Under the pieces are notes generated by a model that did not search any database, was not told the DNA's origin, and saw only the letters and a list, made by a program, of their open reading frames with translations. A DNA stretch of 64,000 bases, from the NCBI GenBank assembly GCA_019113245.1, contig DXHU01000013.1:6965-70964 (forward strand), in the 5' to 3' direction. The position numbers and the translations under genes are program-made. The DNA is from Candidatus Ornithospirochaeta avicola. GTDB lineage: Bacteria > Spirochaetota > Spirochaetia > Sphaerochaetales > Sphaerochaetaceae. Numbering within the stretch: position 1 is the first letter of the stretch; each line of letters opens with the position of its first letter. Of this stretch, positions 1 to 10,918 are shown piece by piece.

Positions 1-683
1 ACCGTAAAGAAGCATATATTGATGAGCTTATCTCCGGCATACTCAAAAACGATATAGAAAAGAGATATGGCATCAGATATACAGCATCTTTTGAGAGAAT
101 GGCACATCATCTGATGAATATAGCCCCTGTGAAAATAAACAACGCGGATCTCAGTGAGGAATTCGGTTTCAAATCGTCGCACACAGCAGATAACTATGTA
201 GAGTACCTTGAGCGGGCTTATCTCTTGTGCATGGTCTCAAAGCATTCATATAAAAGTCAGATCAGAGTTCACAACAAAAAAGCCTATCCTGTAGACATTG
301 CGCTGATGAACAGAAGAAAGGATGCTTTTGCTGGAGAAAATCTCGGCTGGAGGCTTGAGACTGTCGTGCTTATCGAACTTTTGAGAAGATATAGATCTCA
401 GGGTATGGATATTGCATATCTTCAGGAGAGAAACGGTGAGTGTGATTTCCTTGTCTGCAGGGGGAGAAACACGGAACTTGCTGTGCAGGTGTCTTATGAC
501 ATATCAAAAGAAAGTACATTCAAAAGAGAAATAAAGGGACTTATGATTGCATCTGAGAAGACCGGATGCAGGAATCTTTTGCTTATAACAGATTATGAAG
601 AGCGTACAATTCAGAAAAACGGGCTGACGATCAAAATAGTACCGGCGTATTCGTGGCTTGTTGACAGTCGTGAAACCGTATAA
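1..683 (+). CDS. AAA+ ATPase with DUF4143-type C-terminal region (5' end outside window)
   Basis: The frame of ORF 99..683 stays open back to nt 3, so the gene enters from upstream. 'NYVEYLERAYLL...KKAYPVDIAL' resembles the DUF4143 region. Same architecture class as 58187..59494. Confidence 0.6.
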   Translation, partial: RKEAYIDELISGILKNDIEKRYGIRYTASFERMAHHLMNIAPVKINNADLSEEFGFKSSHTADNYVEYLERAYLLCMVSKHSYKSQIRVHNKKAYPVDIALMNRRKDAFAGENLGWRLETVVLIELLRRYRSQGMDIAYLQERNGECDFLVCRGRNTELAVQVSYDISKESTFKREIKGLMIASEKTGCRNLLLITDYEERTIQKNGLTIKIVPAYSWLVDSRETV

Positions 684-731
684 ACACATAAGGGGTTATT
701 TGTGGTGAGTATTTAAGAAAACGTTAGGAGC

Positions 732-757
732 AAAATAAAATGCCTCCCGGCGGAGGC
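732..757 (-). terminator. Rho-independent terminator candidate downstream of 764..2260
   Basis: Stem GCCTCC (742-747) / GGAGGC (752-757) with a 4-nt loop. On the minus strand it is followed by ATTTTATTTT (plus 732-741). Confidence 0.5.
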
Positions 758-763
758 AATCTG

Positions 764-2260
764 TTAAAGCTTATCTATAAGCATCGAACATTTTCCAGAA
801 GGAATCGGAAGAGTTTTCTTCTTGTTCTCCTCCAGAATCTCTATTGTGAAATAATAAAGCTTCTCACTCTCTAGTCTTATCTCCCATCCCCTGATATTCT
901 TATTTGCCAGGATTGTGATGTTGTTCTTCTTTAAAGACAGCTTCTCTATTCCCATCTCCTCAAGAACAGGAAGAGTCCAGTCTACTGTCTTCTTCGGCAG
1001 AGATATATTGAGCCCTATTATATTTTCTATCATCAGCGTTATCGTTATAAGTCCAAGAGATGGAAGGAACCGCTTTCTGTTGCCCACCGGGCTTTTAGCT
1101 TCTCCCTCGCTTGATGGCCTATAGAATTCAAAAGTATCCCCAAGCTCTTCCTGATCCGGATGAAGAGTATCAAGAATATAATACATATGCCTCAATGCAC
1201 ACTCGCGCGCAAAGATATATGAATCGTAGTTGATTAATCCTTTTATTATGAAGAATGTAATCCAAGAGGCAACAGAAGAACGGTATCCTTCTCCTTCTTC
1301 TGTAAAGTATCTGCTTGTTCTTGGTACAGTCGGGAATGGATTATCAAGGCCGAAAACATTCTCGTCCCTAAGCTTTGTAATCATCTTTGTTGCATACTCG
1401 ACATTAGGAATTTCTGCAAGCATCGTCATATATGCACCGATATGCATGTTCTTGACTCTCTGCCCGCTCTCATCAAGATCATAGTAAATGCCGTCCTCGC
1501 TGTCCCACATCAGGGAGTTGATTCTGGTTTTAAGAGAGAAATAAATCCTCTTGTACTTGAAAGCAAGCTCCTTGTCGTTGAGAACATCTCCGATATTCGA
1601 CATATAGAGTGCGCTGAGAGCCATGAAAGCATTATAATCTACAAAATATTTTGCACCTTCTCGCTCTAAATTTCGCATCTCACTTGCAGCAGGAGGAACT
1701 GCAAAAAGTCCGTTTTCATCCTGGAATCTCTTCATCCATGTGAAATATTTTTCCAAATAAGGGACAATGTCCTTGAGTCTCTTCTTGTTTCCGATTTTGT
1801 GATAGAAAAGATATTCGACATAAGGAAAAAGCGGAAGAGAAAGTCCCTCTTGATTGTCTGGGATATCCACAGCACTGTCATCTGCGATGTTATAACAGCT
1901 TCTGATAGCGCCATCTGCTTCCTGTCGCGAATAGAAATAATCAACCATGGAATACGGGCTGTATGTCTGATTGCTGTATACAAGGAACAGAGAAGAAAGC
2001 AGCGTATCGAAAAGACTTATCTTTTCTCCGTCATGTGTGAAGAAGCCTTCTTCAAACTTTGCATTCTCTTCCCGGGTCTTCCAGACTTCATCAAGCCATA
2101 CCCATGTACGGTCATACATATCAACAAAGTCCTGGTCATAAAAATGCACTTTTGGAACAAAATCTTTAACCACAAAAAGCTCCCGAAAACGGACAAAAAG
2201 CCGAAATTTTTGTCCTAAAATCGCATTATATAGAATAAACCACGAAAAGGGGAAAGTCAA
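764..2260 (-). CDS. (alpha/alpha)6 six-hairpin glycoside hydrolase-like protein (GH63/trehalase-like)
   Basis: 498-aa ORF. Its length and general sequence character resemble six-hairpin glycosidases, with no catalytic motif confirmed by eye. The true start may be an internal Met. Confidence 0.45.
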   Translation of the reverse strand: MTFPFSWFILYNAILGQKFRLFVRFRELFVVKDFVPKVHFYDQDFVDMYDRTWVWLDEVWKTREENAKFEEGFFTHDGEKISLFDTLLSSLFLVYSNQTYSPYSMVDYFYSRQEADGAIRSCYNIADDSAVDIPDNQEGLSLPLFPYVEYLFYHKIGNKKRLKDIVPYLEKYFTWMKRFQDENGLFAVPPAASEMRNLEREGAKYFVDYNAFMALSALYMSNIGDVLNDKELAFKYKRIYFSLKTRINSLMWDSEDGIYYDLDESGQRVKNMHIGAYMTMLAEIPNVEYATKMITKLRDENVFGLDNPFPTVPRTSRYFTEEGEGYRSSVASWITFFIIKGLINYDSYIFARECALRHMYYILDTLHPDQEELGDTFEFYRPSSEGEAKSPVGNRKRFLPSLGLITITLMIENIIGLNISLPKKTVDWTLPVLEEMGIEKLSLKKNNITILANKNIRGWEIRLESEKLYYFTIEILEENKKKTLPIPSGKCSMLIDKL

Positions 2261-2333
2261 TTAAAATTTATTTAAGACTAAATGTTGCAATATAAGCAAA
2301 TAAAGAATTTATATGAAATTTTTTCTTTGTTTC

Positions 2334-3251
2334 CTAACAGTATATGAAAAGAGCATTTGCAAACAGCGATACAGCAAAGTCCTTTCCATCGCCTTTTGCA
2401 ACTATTTCCCCATCTGCATGACAGGCGATATCGCTTCTTTGACTTCTTATTTTCACTTCTTTTGCCCTGTATACCTCAAAATCTTTCTTCATGCTCACAT
2501 GCTTTCCTGTTATGAATGCAATAGCGGCTTTTATGAGACCGAAAGAGCGGAAAGGATGCTTTGTATATAAAATGTCAAAATATCCGTCATCAACAAGAGC
2601 AGAAGGAGCCAGCATGAAGGAAGACCCCATACGGCGTCCTATGCATATGGAGACCTGCTGAGTATTGAGCCTTACCTTTTCTCTGTCGGTTTCAAGTTCA
2701 ATGTCATAAGGACGAGGGCACTTCAGCAGTATGCGGATGAAGGCAAGCACATAGCTTGGCATTCCGTTTATGTGCTTATATTCCATTGCTTTGAAGTTCA
2801 CAAGTGGCTCAAAACCGAAGCCCGTACCATTCAGAAAATACCTTCCTTCATCAAAATAACCTCCTTTTACAAGGCCGACATCCACTCTTTTTCCTCTTCT
2901 TTCTGCTATAAGACGGCATGCCTTTTCTACATCTGACGGAATATTCAGCGCAAAGGCATAATCATTTCCTCTTCCTATGGGAATTATACCCATCTTGGCT
3001 TTTCCGCCGGCTTTCATGATGCCGTTAGCAACTTCGTTTATACACCCGTCTCCACCTGCTGCGATAATTGTGTCATAGCCGGAGATGGATCCCTCATATG
3101 CAAGAGTCTCTGCATGTCCTGCATGTTCTGTGAATACTGTATGAATGTCTTTATTGTTGCTCTTGAAGAAATCCTTTATCTCTTCTGCCTTTATCCTTGC
3201 TTTTCCTTTTGATGCATTCGGATTGATGATAAGCAGTATTTTCTCTTCCAT
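2334..3251 (-). CDS. Diacylglycerol kinase-family lipid kinase (YegS/BmrU type)
   Basis: 'LLIINPNASKGKA' N-terminus and 'AAGGDGCINEV' nucleotide-binding motif. Start moved to 'MEEKILLI' (Met10 of ORF 2334..3278). Confidence 0.8.
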   Translation of the reverse strand: MEEKILLIINPNASKGKARIKAEEIKDFFKSNNKDIHTVFTEHAGHAETLAYEGSISGYDTIIAAGGDGCINEVANGIMKAGGKAKMGIIPIGRGNDYAFALNIPSDVEKACRLIAERRGKRVDVGLVKGGYFDEGRYFLNGTGFGFEPLVNFKAMEYKHINGMPSYVLAFIRILLKCPRPYDIELETDREKVRLNTQQVSICIGRRMGSSFMLAPSALVDDGYFDILYTKHPFRSFGLIKAAIAFITGKHVSMKKDFEVYRAKEVKIRSQRSDIACHADGEIVAKGDGKDFAVSLFANALFIYC

Positions 3252-3334
3252 GGAATTCAGTTTATTACAAAAGAACACGATACAACAATCTGTTTCATTT
3301 CTACTTCTCTTTTTTATGTGCTATACTTCTCTCT

Positions 3335-4432
3335 ATGAGAGAAATACTAAAAGGATTAACAGTTTATACTAAAACGGGTAAGTCATTGTTTGACATTACA
3401 ATTGATGGAGGTGTTATATCCGATATAAAGAATTCTGAAGAAAGCTGCGGTACTGTGGTCCTGCCAGGATTCATCGATACGCACATCCACGGCTTTGGAG
3501 GATATGGAACCGAAGACTGCAGCGCAGAGTCAATCCTGAAGATGAGCGAGAATCTCATCAGATTCGGTATAACATCATTCTTCCCCACCATATATACAGA
3601 CACTGAAGAAAAGATGATCCGGAGCATACGTGCTGTAAGTGAGGCAAAAGGAAAGGAAAAGGGAGCAGAGATTGCCGGAATACATATTGAGGGCCCATTC
3701 ATCTCTCCGGATAAAATCGGTGCGCAGAATCCGCTTGGAAGAAAGGATCCAAGTGCTGAATGGTTTCTTAAATATCTTGAGGCAGGAGGTGGTCTTGTAA
3801 AAGCGATGACGATTGCACCAGAGCTTCCCGGCATCGAGGAGGTTGCCTTAGAGGCAAAGAAACAGGGTGTCGTGCTTCTCATGGGACATACAAACTGCAA
3901 ATATGCCGAAGCCATTCACGGCTACAACTCTGGCATCACTCATGCCACACATCTTTTCAATGCAATGAGAGGCCTGTCTCACAGAGAACCGGGAACAGTT
4001 GGAGCTGTTCTTACAACAGACATGACATGCGAGATCATCGCGGACGGCCTTCATGTCAATCAACAGCTTACAAAATACATCTTTGACACAAAGACCAGCG
4101 ACAAGGTCTGCATCATCACAGACTCGCTCAAGCCGACGGAGCAGGAAGAAGGCCCGTTTTATGCAAACGATGTCGAAGTCGAGATAGACAATGGCCTCTG
4201 GGTGACAAAAGGGAGACCGGAGCTTATTCAGGGTTCAAGCCTCACCATGTACAAAGGATTTATGAACGCACTTAACTGGGGATGCTCTGTATATGATGCT
4301 TCAAAGATGACAAGCACCACACCGGCAAGAATCTATGACCTTAAAAACAGAGGAAAGATAGAAATCGGATACAAGGCAGATCTTGTGCTTCTTGATGAGA
4401 AAACTATGCAGATAAAGAGGGTGATGTTCTGA
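3335..4432 (+). CDS. nagA: N-acetylglucosamine-6-phosphate deacetylase
   Basis: Amidohydrolase metal motifs 'DTHIHGFGG' and 'HATHLFNAM'. About 365 aa, typical of NagA. Confidence 0.85.
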   Translation: MREILKGLTVYTKTGKSLFDITIDGGVISDIKNSEESCGTVVLPGFIDTHIHGFGGYGTEDCSAESILKMSENLIRFGITSFFPTIYTDTEEKMIRSIRAVSEAKGKEKGAEIAGIHIEGPFISPDKIGAQNPLGRKDPSAEWFLKYLEAGGGLVKAMTIAPELPGIEEVALEAKKQGVVLLMGHTNCKYAEAIHGYNSGITHATHLFNAMRGLSHREPGTVGAVLTTDMTCEIIADGLHVNQQLTKYIFDTKTSDKVCIITDSLKPTEQEEGPFYANDVEVEIDNGLWVTKGRPELIQGSSLTMYKGFMNALNWGCSVYDASKMTSTTPARIYDLKNRGKIEIGYKADLVLLDEKTMQIKRVMF

Positions 4433-5856
4433 TGTGGTACGATAACTTTGCAAATAAAAGACTCTGGGAAATCTTTGAGAAGATATCCTCAGTTCCTCGT
4501 GAAAGCGGAAAGGAAGAAAAAATAAGGGAATTTCTTCTTACCTTTGCCAAAGAAAACGGTCTTGACAGCACAACAGATGATATTGGAAATGTTTTCATAA
4601 CAAAAAAAGCAGATGCAGGCTATGAAAAAGTAAAACCGCTTGCACTTCAGGGACACATGGACATGGTCTGCGTCAAGAAAGAAGGAAGCTCTCATAACTT
4701 TGACACAGATCCGATTGAAATTGTTACTGACGGAAAATATGTCATGGCAAAAGACACATCACTTGGAGCTGATAACGGAATTGCTCTTGCCATGGCCCTT
4801 GAAGTCATGACAGACAGGAGCATCAAGAGCGGAAAGATTGAGCTGATCTGCACTGTAAGCGAAGAGACTGGCCTCACGGGTGCTTTCAATCTTGATCCAG
4901 AGAAGGTTGAAGCAAAAGAAATGATTAATCTCGACAGCGAAGAAGAAAATGTAATTTACATAGGCTGCGCAGGAGGAATTGATCTTGAAAGCACCATGTC
5001 TTTCAAAAGAGAGGAAAACAAGGGGCTGCACACATATGAGATAACTGTATCCGGACTACTTGGAGGACATAGCGGCGGAGAGATTCATAAAGAAAGAGGA
5101 AATGCCATCAACATTCTTGCCCGCGCTGTTATGGAATGCGGAAAATTCTCCCTTGTCTCAATTGAAGGCGGCACAAGAAGGAATGTCATTCCATCCACTG
5201 CAAGAGCTGTAATAGCGACAAATTCTGATATCTCAAAGAAGATTGAGAAGATAAACAGCAAAGTAAAAGGAGAGCTTCTAACAAGTGATCCTGATGTATG
5301 CATCTCTTTCAGAGAAATAGAAAAGGCTGAGGATGTGATACAGAAAAAGAAGGGCATGAAGATAATTAAAGCCCTTTACGCTGCACCTTTTGGTGTGAGA
5401 TACATGAGCACAGCGATAAAAGGAATTGTCGACACATCAAACAATCTTGCTATCGTGACAACAGATAAGAAGAATATTACAGTTATCAACTCAGTCAGAA
5501 GCAACACAGAAAGCAGAAAGGCCCTTCATGTGAAAGCTCTGGAGTATTACTACTCATCTTTCGGCTTCAAGTGCATCACTGATGACGGATATCCTGAGTG
5601 GGAAGTAAACAGGAAGAGTGCCTTCATAAAGAATTTTGTGAAGGAATATCAGGCGATAACAAAGAAAAAACCTGTCGTTACCGCAATTCATGCCGGCCTT
5701 GAATGCGGAATAATCAACAAGAGAAAAAAAGGTATGGAGTCCGTTTCCATAGGCCCTAACCTCTTTGATGTCCATTCTGTGAACGAGAAGCTCGAGGCAA
5801 AATCGGCAGAGCGCATGGTTGCCTTTTTAAAGAAATACATTGCAGAAAGAAAATAA
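4432..5856 (+). CDS. pepD: Aminoacyl-histidine (Xaa-His) dipeptidase, M20 family
   Basis: 'LALQGHMDMV' and 'GADNGIALAMALE' motifs, 474 aa. ATG overlaps the nagA TGA (TGATG). Confidence 0.85.
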   Translation: MWYDNFANKRLWEIFEKISSVPRESGKEEKIREFLLTFAKENGLDSTTDDIGNVFITKKADAGYEKVKPLALQGHMDMVCVKKEGSSHNFDTDPIEIVTDGKYVMAKDTSLGADNGIALAMALEVMTDRSIKSGKIELICTVSEETGLTGAFNLDPEKVEAKEMINLDSEEENVIYIGCAGGIDLESTMSFKREENKGLHTYEITVSGLLGGHSGGEIHKERGNAINILARAVMECGKFSLVSIEGGTRRNVIPSTARAVIATNSDISKKIEKINSKVKGELLTSDPDVCISFREIEKAEDVIQKKKGMKIIKALYAAPFGVRYMSTAIKGIVDTSNNLAIVTTDKKNITVINSVRSNTESRKALHVKALEYYYSSFGFKCITDDGYPEWEVNRKSAFIKNFVKEYQAITKKKPVVTAIHAGLECGIINKRKKGMESVSIGPNLFDVHSVNEKLEAKSAERMVAFLKKYIAERK

Positions 5857-5864
5857 ACACATAT

Positions 5865-5890
5865 GCACCCCTTCTGGGGTGCTGTTTTAT
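5865..5890 (+). terminator. Rho-independent terminator after pepD
   Basis: GCACCCC (5865-5871) TTCT GGGGTGC (5876-5882) followed by TGTTTTAT. Confidence 0.6.
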
Positions 5891-5931
5891 GCCGTTAAAA
5901 GCTAAAAACAAAAAGAAGGAGCGCTAAGTAA

Positions 5932-6387
5932 ATGAGCGGAAGAATAAGCAAACTCACACTGATTACTCCTCTTTATTACAAAAAAAAGGAATACACATAC
6001 TCTTCTGCTCTTCAGGAGATTATGAAAGCAGAGCGGGGAACTGACATATTTCTATCTCTTAATGTAGAATACAAGGACTATGGAGCAGATCTTAGTGTAA
6101 AGAGCTCTGGGAAAAAGGCTCCTTTGAATGAGGAAGAAAAAGCCAGGGTGGAAAAAGGAGAAGCAGAAATAAAAAGAAAAGGAGAAGAAGCTGGAATAAA
6201 AGATGGCTCCTATTACTTTGAGCAGTTTCTTTTCATCCCCGAAGAAAAGGATCTTTTTACTTTGATTGCCCCTCTTCTTTCTCAAAACCCCGATATCAAT
6301 TATATTTATATAAGATTTTTCAAGGAAAGCGTGCTTGAAACTGTAATGCAGGCCTTCCTCCCAATAAAGGAAAAAAATGACTGTTGA
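5932..6387 (+). CDS. Hypothetical protein
   Basis: 151-aa ORF in a tight plus-strand series, overlapping the next start by 11 nt. No recognisable motif. Confidence 0.4.
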   Translation: MSGRISKLTLITPLYYKKKEYTYSSALQEIMKAERGTDIFLSLNVEYKDYGADLSVKSSGKKAPLNEEEKARVEKGEAEIKRKGEEAGIKDGSYYFEQFLFIPEEKDLFTLIAPLLSQNPDINYIYIRFFKESVLETVMQAFLPIKEKNDC

Positions 6388-7570
6388 GAAAATTAGCGAT
6401 ACACTCCATAAGATAACATTCAATGATGGAAGACGCCTTACATTGATTGGAACAGCACATGTCTCCTCAGAAAGCGTAAACCTCGTTGAAAGCACAATAG
6501 AAGATATAAAGCCGGATAGAGTCTGTGTTGAAATAGACTCATCAAGACTTAAAAGCAAGAGTGAAGAAAAGGACTACAAGAGCATGGATATCAGAAAAGT
6601 CCTTAAAGAAGGAAAAGGATTTTTCCTTCTGGCAAACACAGCCCTTGCCTCCTTTCAAAAGAGAATGGGAGCACAGACTGGAATAAAACCGGGAGAAGAG
6701 CTTCTTACAGCAGTAAAATATGCAAAAGAAAATGATATTCCTCTCACTCTTGCAGACAGAGACATTCAGGTGACATTCAAAAGAGCTTGGGCAAAAAGCA
6801 GTCTCTGGAACAAGATAAAGCTCCTTTCTTCCCTTCTTTCTGCCGCCTTCTCAAATGAGGCACTGACAGAGGAGGAGCTTGAGGCCCTGAAAAAACAGGA
6901 TTCCCTTGAATCCATGATGAAAGAGATTGCAAAAGAACTTCCTTCTGTAAAAGAAGTGCTCATAGACGAAAGAGACAGATACCTTGCAACAAGCGTGTAC
7001 AAGGCAGAGGGAGAGAACAAAATTGCAGTAATCGGAGCTGGTCACACAGGAGGATTTATAAAAACTCTGGATGCCCTGGAGAAAAACGAGATTTCTGATA
7101 ATCTTGAAGAGATCAGTAAAGTTCCACCTAAAAAACCATATACAAAGGCCCTCTCTTACATCATTCCTGCCGTTATAGCCATCATAGTCATTGCAGGTAT
7201 AATAAGCACCGGCTGGCAGCAGGGACTCATGATGTTCGTATATTGGATGATTGCATGTGCTGGAATGACATTCATATTCTCTGTTCTTGCATTAGCTCAT
7301 CCCCTCAATGCCATGCTGAGCGCGATAACAGCTCCTTTCTTTGCTCTTAATCCTGTGCTGGGAGTAGGAATGTTTGCAGGCGTTCTGGAAGCAACTTTTA
7401 AAAAGCCGAAGGTTCAGGACTTTGAGAACATGAACGATGATGCGGCAAAGCTTAAGGGATGGTATAAGAACAGAATCCTGCATGTCCTCACTGTCTTCCT
7501 GCTTTCAAGCGTTGGAAGCGTTATAGGATCCTTTGTAGCTTTTCCCTTCCTTATATCACATTTATCCTAA
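6377..7570 (+). CDS. TraB/GumN family protein
   Basis: N-terminal 'LTLIGTAHVSSESV' motif, 'VIGAGHTGG', and C-terminal membrane segments. Confidence 0.75.
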   Translation: MTVEKISDTLHKITFNDGRRLTLIGTAHVSSESVNLVESTIEDIKPDRVCVEIDSSRLKSKSEEKDYKSMDIRKVLKEGKGFFLLANTALASFQKRMGAQTGIKPGEELLTAVKYAKENDIPLTLADRDIQVTFKRAWAKSSLWNKIKLLSSLLSAAFSNEALTEEELEALKKQDSLESMMKEIAKELPSVKEVLIDERDRYLATSVYKAEGENKIAVIGAGHTGGFIKTLDALEKNEISDNLEEISKVPPKKPYTKALSYIIPAVIAIIVIAGIISTGWQQGLMMFVYWMIACAGMTFIFSVLALAHPLNAMLSAITAPFFALNPVLGVGMFAGVLEATFKKPKVQDFENMNDDAAKLKGWYKNRILHVLTVFLLSSVGSVIGSFVAFPFLISHLS

Positions 7571-8905
7571 TGCAAAAGCCGTCTTAACAGCAGTCTTGAG
7601 GGTTTTGACTCTCAGGTTGCCGTCTTTTTTATTTTCATAAGGACATATTATATTTTCAAAGCCAGCATCTCTGGCTGTTTTTATCATGCGCGAAGATGAG
7701 GCTGTATTTCTGACTTCAGCTGCAAGAGAAAGCTCTCCAAAGGATATTGTCTTCTCACTGAGACTTCTATTGAAAGCTGAGCTGTATATTGCTAGAGCAA
7801 GGGGAAGCTCAAGTGAAACATCCTTGACCTTTACTCCTCCAGCAATATTCACATAAATATCCTTATCAGAAAGATGAAGACCGATATGACGCTCGAGTAT
7901 AGCAGCAACACGGGACACACGGGAAATATCTATTTTATCTGAATAAATTCTCTGCAATCCTGATTTTGCAGGAACAACCAAGGCTTGGAGCTCTATTATA
8001 AAGGTTCTTGTTCCCTCAACTGCGGCTGTAAATGCAATTCCTGGAGGCAGATTCTCTTCTTCGCGGTTCATGATAAAAATTTCATTAGGATTCTTTATTC
8101 CATGTAGGCCTTTTGAATCCATAGAGAAGAATCCAATCTCATCCACAGAGCCGAATCTGTTTTTTGATGTTCTTAAAAGTCTGACCCCGTTTTCAGCACT
8201 CTCAAAATAAAGCACGGTATCAACCATGTGCTCTATGATCTTCGGGCCTGCTATGTTTCCATCCTTTGTCACATGAGCTATGAAGAACACACAGAAATTC
8301 AGCTTTTTTGCCAGAAGAGAAAGAGCCAAGGCACAGGCTCTTATCTGAGTGATTGTCCCTTGAATTGATTCCACTTCAGAGGAAAACAGTGTCTGGATTG
8401 AATCTATAACGACAACAGCTGGTTTTATTTTCTCTATCTGTGAAACAACAGATTCAAGGTTTGTATTGCTGTATATATAGATATTCTCGCAATCAAGATC
8501 AAGACGCTCTGCTCGGCTTTTCACCTGCACAGGAGATTCTTCTCCAGACACATACAGAACAGAATCCTTTTTTGATATATAAGCTAGAGCCTCAAGCATG
8601 AGTGTTGATTTTCCAATACCCGGCTCCCCTCCGACTATAACAGAGGAAGGAAGCATAATGCCGCCTCCAAGCACCCTGTCAAGCTCATCAAAGCCGGAAG
8701 AAAGACGGATTGATGAAGAGGATGATACATCTGAAAGTTTTCTCAGACTCTGATCCATTACAGCATTGCCATTGTTTTTCACTTCTTTGACAATGACTTC
8801 CTCTTCAAATGAGTTCCACTGCCCGCATTCAGGGCAGCGTCCCATCCATTTTGATTCAACATGCCCGCAGGAAGAGCAAATATATCTCAGATTCTTATTC
8901 TTCAT
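7562..8905 (-). CDS. radA: DNA repair protein RadA/Sms
   Basis: Zn-ribbon 'YICSSCGHVESKWMGRCPECGQWNSF', Walker A 'GGEPGIGKST', Lon-like C-terminus. Confidence 0.95.
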   Translation of the reverse strand: MKNKNLRYICSSCGHVESKWMGRCPECGQWNSFEEEVIVKEVKNNGNAVMDQSLRKLSDVSSSSSIRLSSGFDELDRVLGGGIMLPSSVIVGGEPGIGKSTLMLEALAYISKKDSVLYVSGEESPVQVKSRAERLDLDCENIYIYSNTNLESVVSQIEKIKPAVVVIDSIQTLFSSEVESIQGTITQIRACALALSLLAKKLNFCVFFIAHVTKDGNIAGPKIIEHMVDTVLYFESAENGVRLLRTSKNRFGSVDEIGFFSMDSKGLHGIKNPNEIFIMNREEENLPPGIAFTAAVEGTRTFIIELQALVVPAKSGLQRIYSDKIDISRVSRVAAILERHIGLHLSDKDIYVNIAGGVKVKDVSLELPLALAIYSSAFNRSLSEKTISFGELSLAAEVRNTASSSRMIKTARDAGFENIICPYENKKDGNLRVKTLKTAVKTAFALG

Positions 8906-9891
8906 CAGAAATCAAGGAGCTCCACATCAAATACAAGGTATGAATTTGGAGGAATGATGCCTGGATATCCATACTCTCCGTATCCGAGCTCTGGTGGGAT
9001 TATCAAGGTTCTCTTTTCTCCTTTACTCATTGTCTGCAAAGCTTCATTCCAGCCTTCAATAACCTGCCCAATTCTGAATACAGCAGGCTCTTCTCTCGCA
9101 ATTGAAGAGTCAAAAATCTTTCCATTAAGAAGCATTCCCTGATAATGTACAGTAACGCTCTGCCCATATTTAGGACATCCTTTTCCATCTCCTTCTTTAT
9201 TGACAACAAACATCAGGCCAGAAGCTGTTGTTGTCTTGTCAGGATAACGGTTATCAATTTCTTTCAAAATCTTCTCTCTTTCTTTTCTTACAAGCTCTGC
9301 CTGTGCACTTTCAACCTGCTCAACGTAATTGCTGAAAGCTTCTCCGCTTGTATCAAAGGCATTGGCTTCTTCTCCGACTCTGATAATCTCAACATGGTTT
9401 ATCCTATCGCCCTGTTCAATTGCATTAACAACATTCTGCCCTTCAACAACGTGTCCAAAGACTGTGTGCTTGCCATCAAGCCATGGCGTTGCCACATGTG
9501 TTATGAAGAACTGGCTTCCGTTTGTATTGGGTCCAGCATTAGCCATGGAAAGAATGCCAGGACCTGTATGACGGAGTGATGCGTCAAACTCATCTGGAAA
9601 TCTATAGCCAGGACCGCCTGTGCCGTTTCCTTTAGGACAGCCTCCCTGAATCATGAAATCCTTGATTACACGATGGAAAGACAGCCCGTCATAAAAAGGC
9701 TCTCCCTTATCCTCAACATTGAGCTCACCTTCTGCCAGTCCTATGAAATTGCATACAGTCATAGGACATTTCTTATACTCAAGAGACAGGAGTATGTCAC
9801 CTTTATCTGTCTCAATCTTTGCATAAATTCCGTTTTCAAGTTTTTCCTTATCCAAAACATTACTCCTCAAAGAGTTCCTCGCCATCTGCAA
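8905..9891 (-). CDS. Dual-family peptidyl-prolyl isomerase (N-terminal cyclophilin + C-terminal FKBP)
   Basis: Cyclophilin motifs '[13 protein letters not shown]' and '[13 protein letters not shown]'. FKBP motifs '[18 protein letters not shown]' and '[11 protein letters not shown]'. Its stop overlaps the radA ATG by 1 nt. Confidence 0.85.
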   Translation of the reverse strand: MQMARNSLRSNVLDKEKLENGIYAKIETDKGDILLSLEYKKCPMTVCNFIGLAEGELNVEDKGEPFYDGLSFHRVIKDFMIQGGCPKGNGTGGPGYRFPDEFDASLRHTGPGILSMANAGPNTNGSQFFITHVATPWLDGKHTVFGHVVEGQNVVNAIEQGDRINHVEIIRVGEEANAFDTSGEAFSNYVEQVESAQAELVRKEREKILKEIDNRYPDKTTTASGLMFVVNKEGDGKGCPKYGQSVTVHYQGMLLNGKIFDSSIAREEPAVFRIGQVIEGWNEALQTMSKGEKRTLIIPPELGYGEYGYPGIIPPNSYLVFDVELLDF

Positions 9892-10918
9892 GGAACGAAT
9901 ATATTCTCTCCAGCTCTTTCTGACTTCTGAATCTTACGAGAATCTTGCCTCTGTTAAGACTTCCCTTTATCTCGACCTTTGCGCCAAGAGCTGTTATGAA
10001 CTTCTCTTCAACGAAAGAGACTTCGCTGTCCTTTTTGGTCTCTTTCCTCTTCTGTATGATTTTCCTGCCTTTGTTATACTCTTCAGCAAGAGCTTCAGCC
10101 TCTCTTACAGAAAGCTCTTTCTCCACTATCTTGTTTCTCAAAAGGACCTGATCTGCAGGATTCTGCAAAGAAAGTATTGCTCTTGCATGTCCCGGTGTCA
10201 GAAGAGAGCTGATCACATCATCCTTTATGCTGTCAGGAAGAGAAAGAAGTCTCATAGAGTTGGCAACAGCTGATCTGGATTTACCCACCTTAGCTGCTAC
10301 CTCTTCCTGCGTGTATCCGCTTTTCTGAACTAGATACTGATAGGCACATGCTTCTTCAATAGGATTGAGGCTTTCTCTCTGAACATTCTCTATCAAAGAA
10401 ACCTCTATTCTTTCAAGCTCTGTAAAACTCTTTACAATGGCGGGAATTTTTTCAAGCCCGGCAAGCAAAGAAGCCCTATATCTTCTTTCGCCAGCAATAA
10501 TTGAATATTTTCCTGGAGCATATTCATCAACTATGATTGGCTGAACAACTCCATGATTTTTTATACTCTGTGCAAGCTCATTAAGGCTTTCTTCGTCAAA
10601 GTTCTTTCTTGGCTGATTTAAATTAGGAGATACAAGAGACAGAGGAAGAAGAAGTATTCTGTCTTTGTTGCTATCTATAGTAACACTCTTTACTTTTTCT
10701 TCCTCTCCTTTTGTTTCAACTTCATCTGCCTTTACTTCCTCAGATATTTCTGTAACCCTGTTGATAATATTGCTTATCTGGGTATCGACATCATATCCAG
10801 AAATCAGGGATTTCATTCCTCTTCCGAGTCCATGTTTTTTCTCATTTTGCACGTTCAACAACCTCCTTTGCCAGAGCTTTGAATGCTTTTGCCGCATTAT
10901 TGTTCTTTTCATAAACAT
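9860..10918 (-). CDS. parB: Chromosome partitioning protein ParB/Spo0J
   Basis: 'GLGRG' N-terminal box, '[11 protein letters not shown]' arginine patch, HTH region. Start uncertain: the longest ORF overlaps parA by 77 nt, GTG at 10852 would overlap parA by only 11 nt, and ATG at 10816 is also possible. Confidence 0.85.
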   Translation of the reverse strand: MFMKRTIMRQKHSKLWQRRLLNVQNEKKHGLGRGMKSLISGYDVDTQISNIINRVTEISEEVKADEVETKGEEEKVKSVTIDSNKDRILLLPLSLVSPNLNQPRKNFDEESLNELAQSIKNHGVVQPIIVDEYAPGKYSIIAGERRYRASLLAGLEKIPAIVKSFTELERIEVSLIENVQRESLNPIEEACAYQYLVQKSGYTQEEVAAKVGKSRSAVANSMRLLSLPDSIKDDVISSLLTPGHARAILSLQNPADQVLLRNKIVEKELSVREAEALAEEYNKGRKIIQKRKETKKDSEVSFVEEKFITALGAKVEIKGSLNRGKILVRFRSQKELERIYSFLADGEELFEE

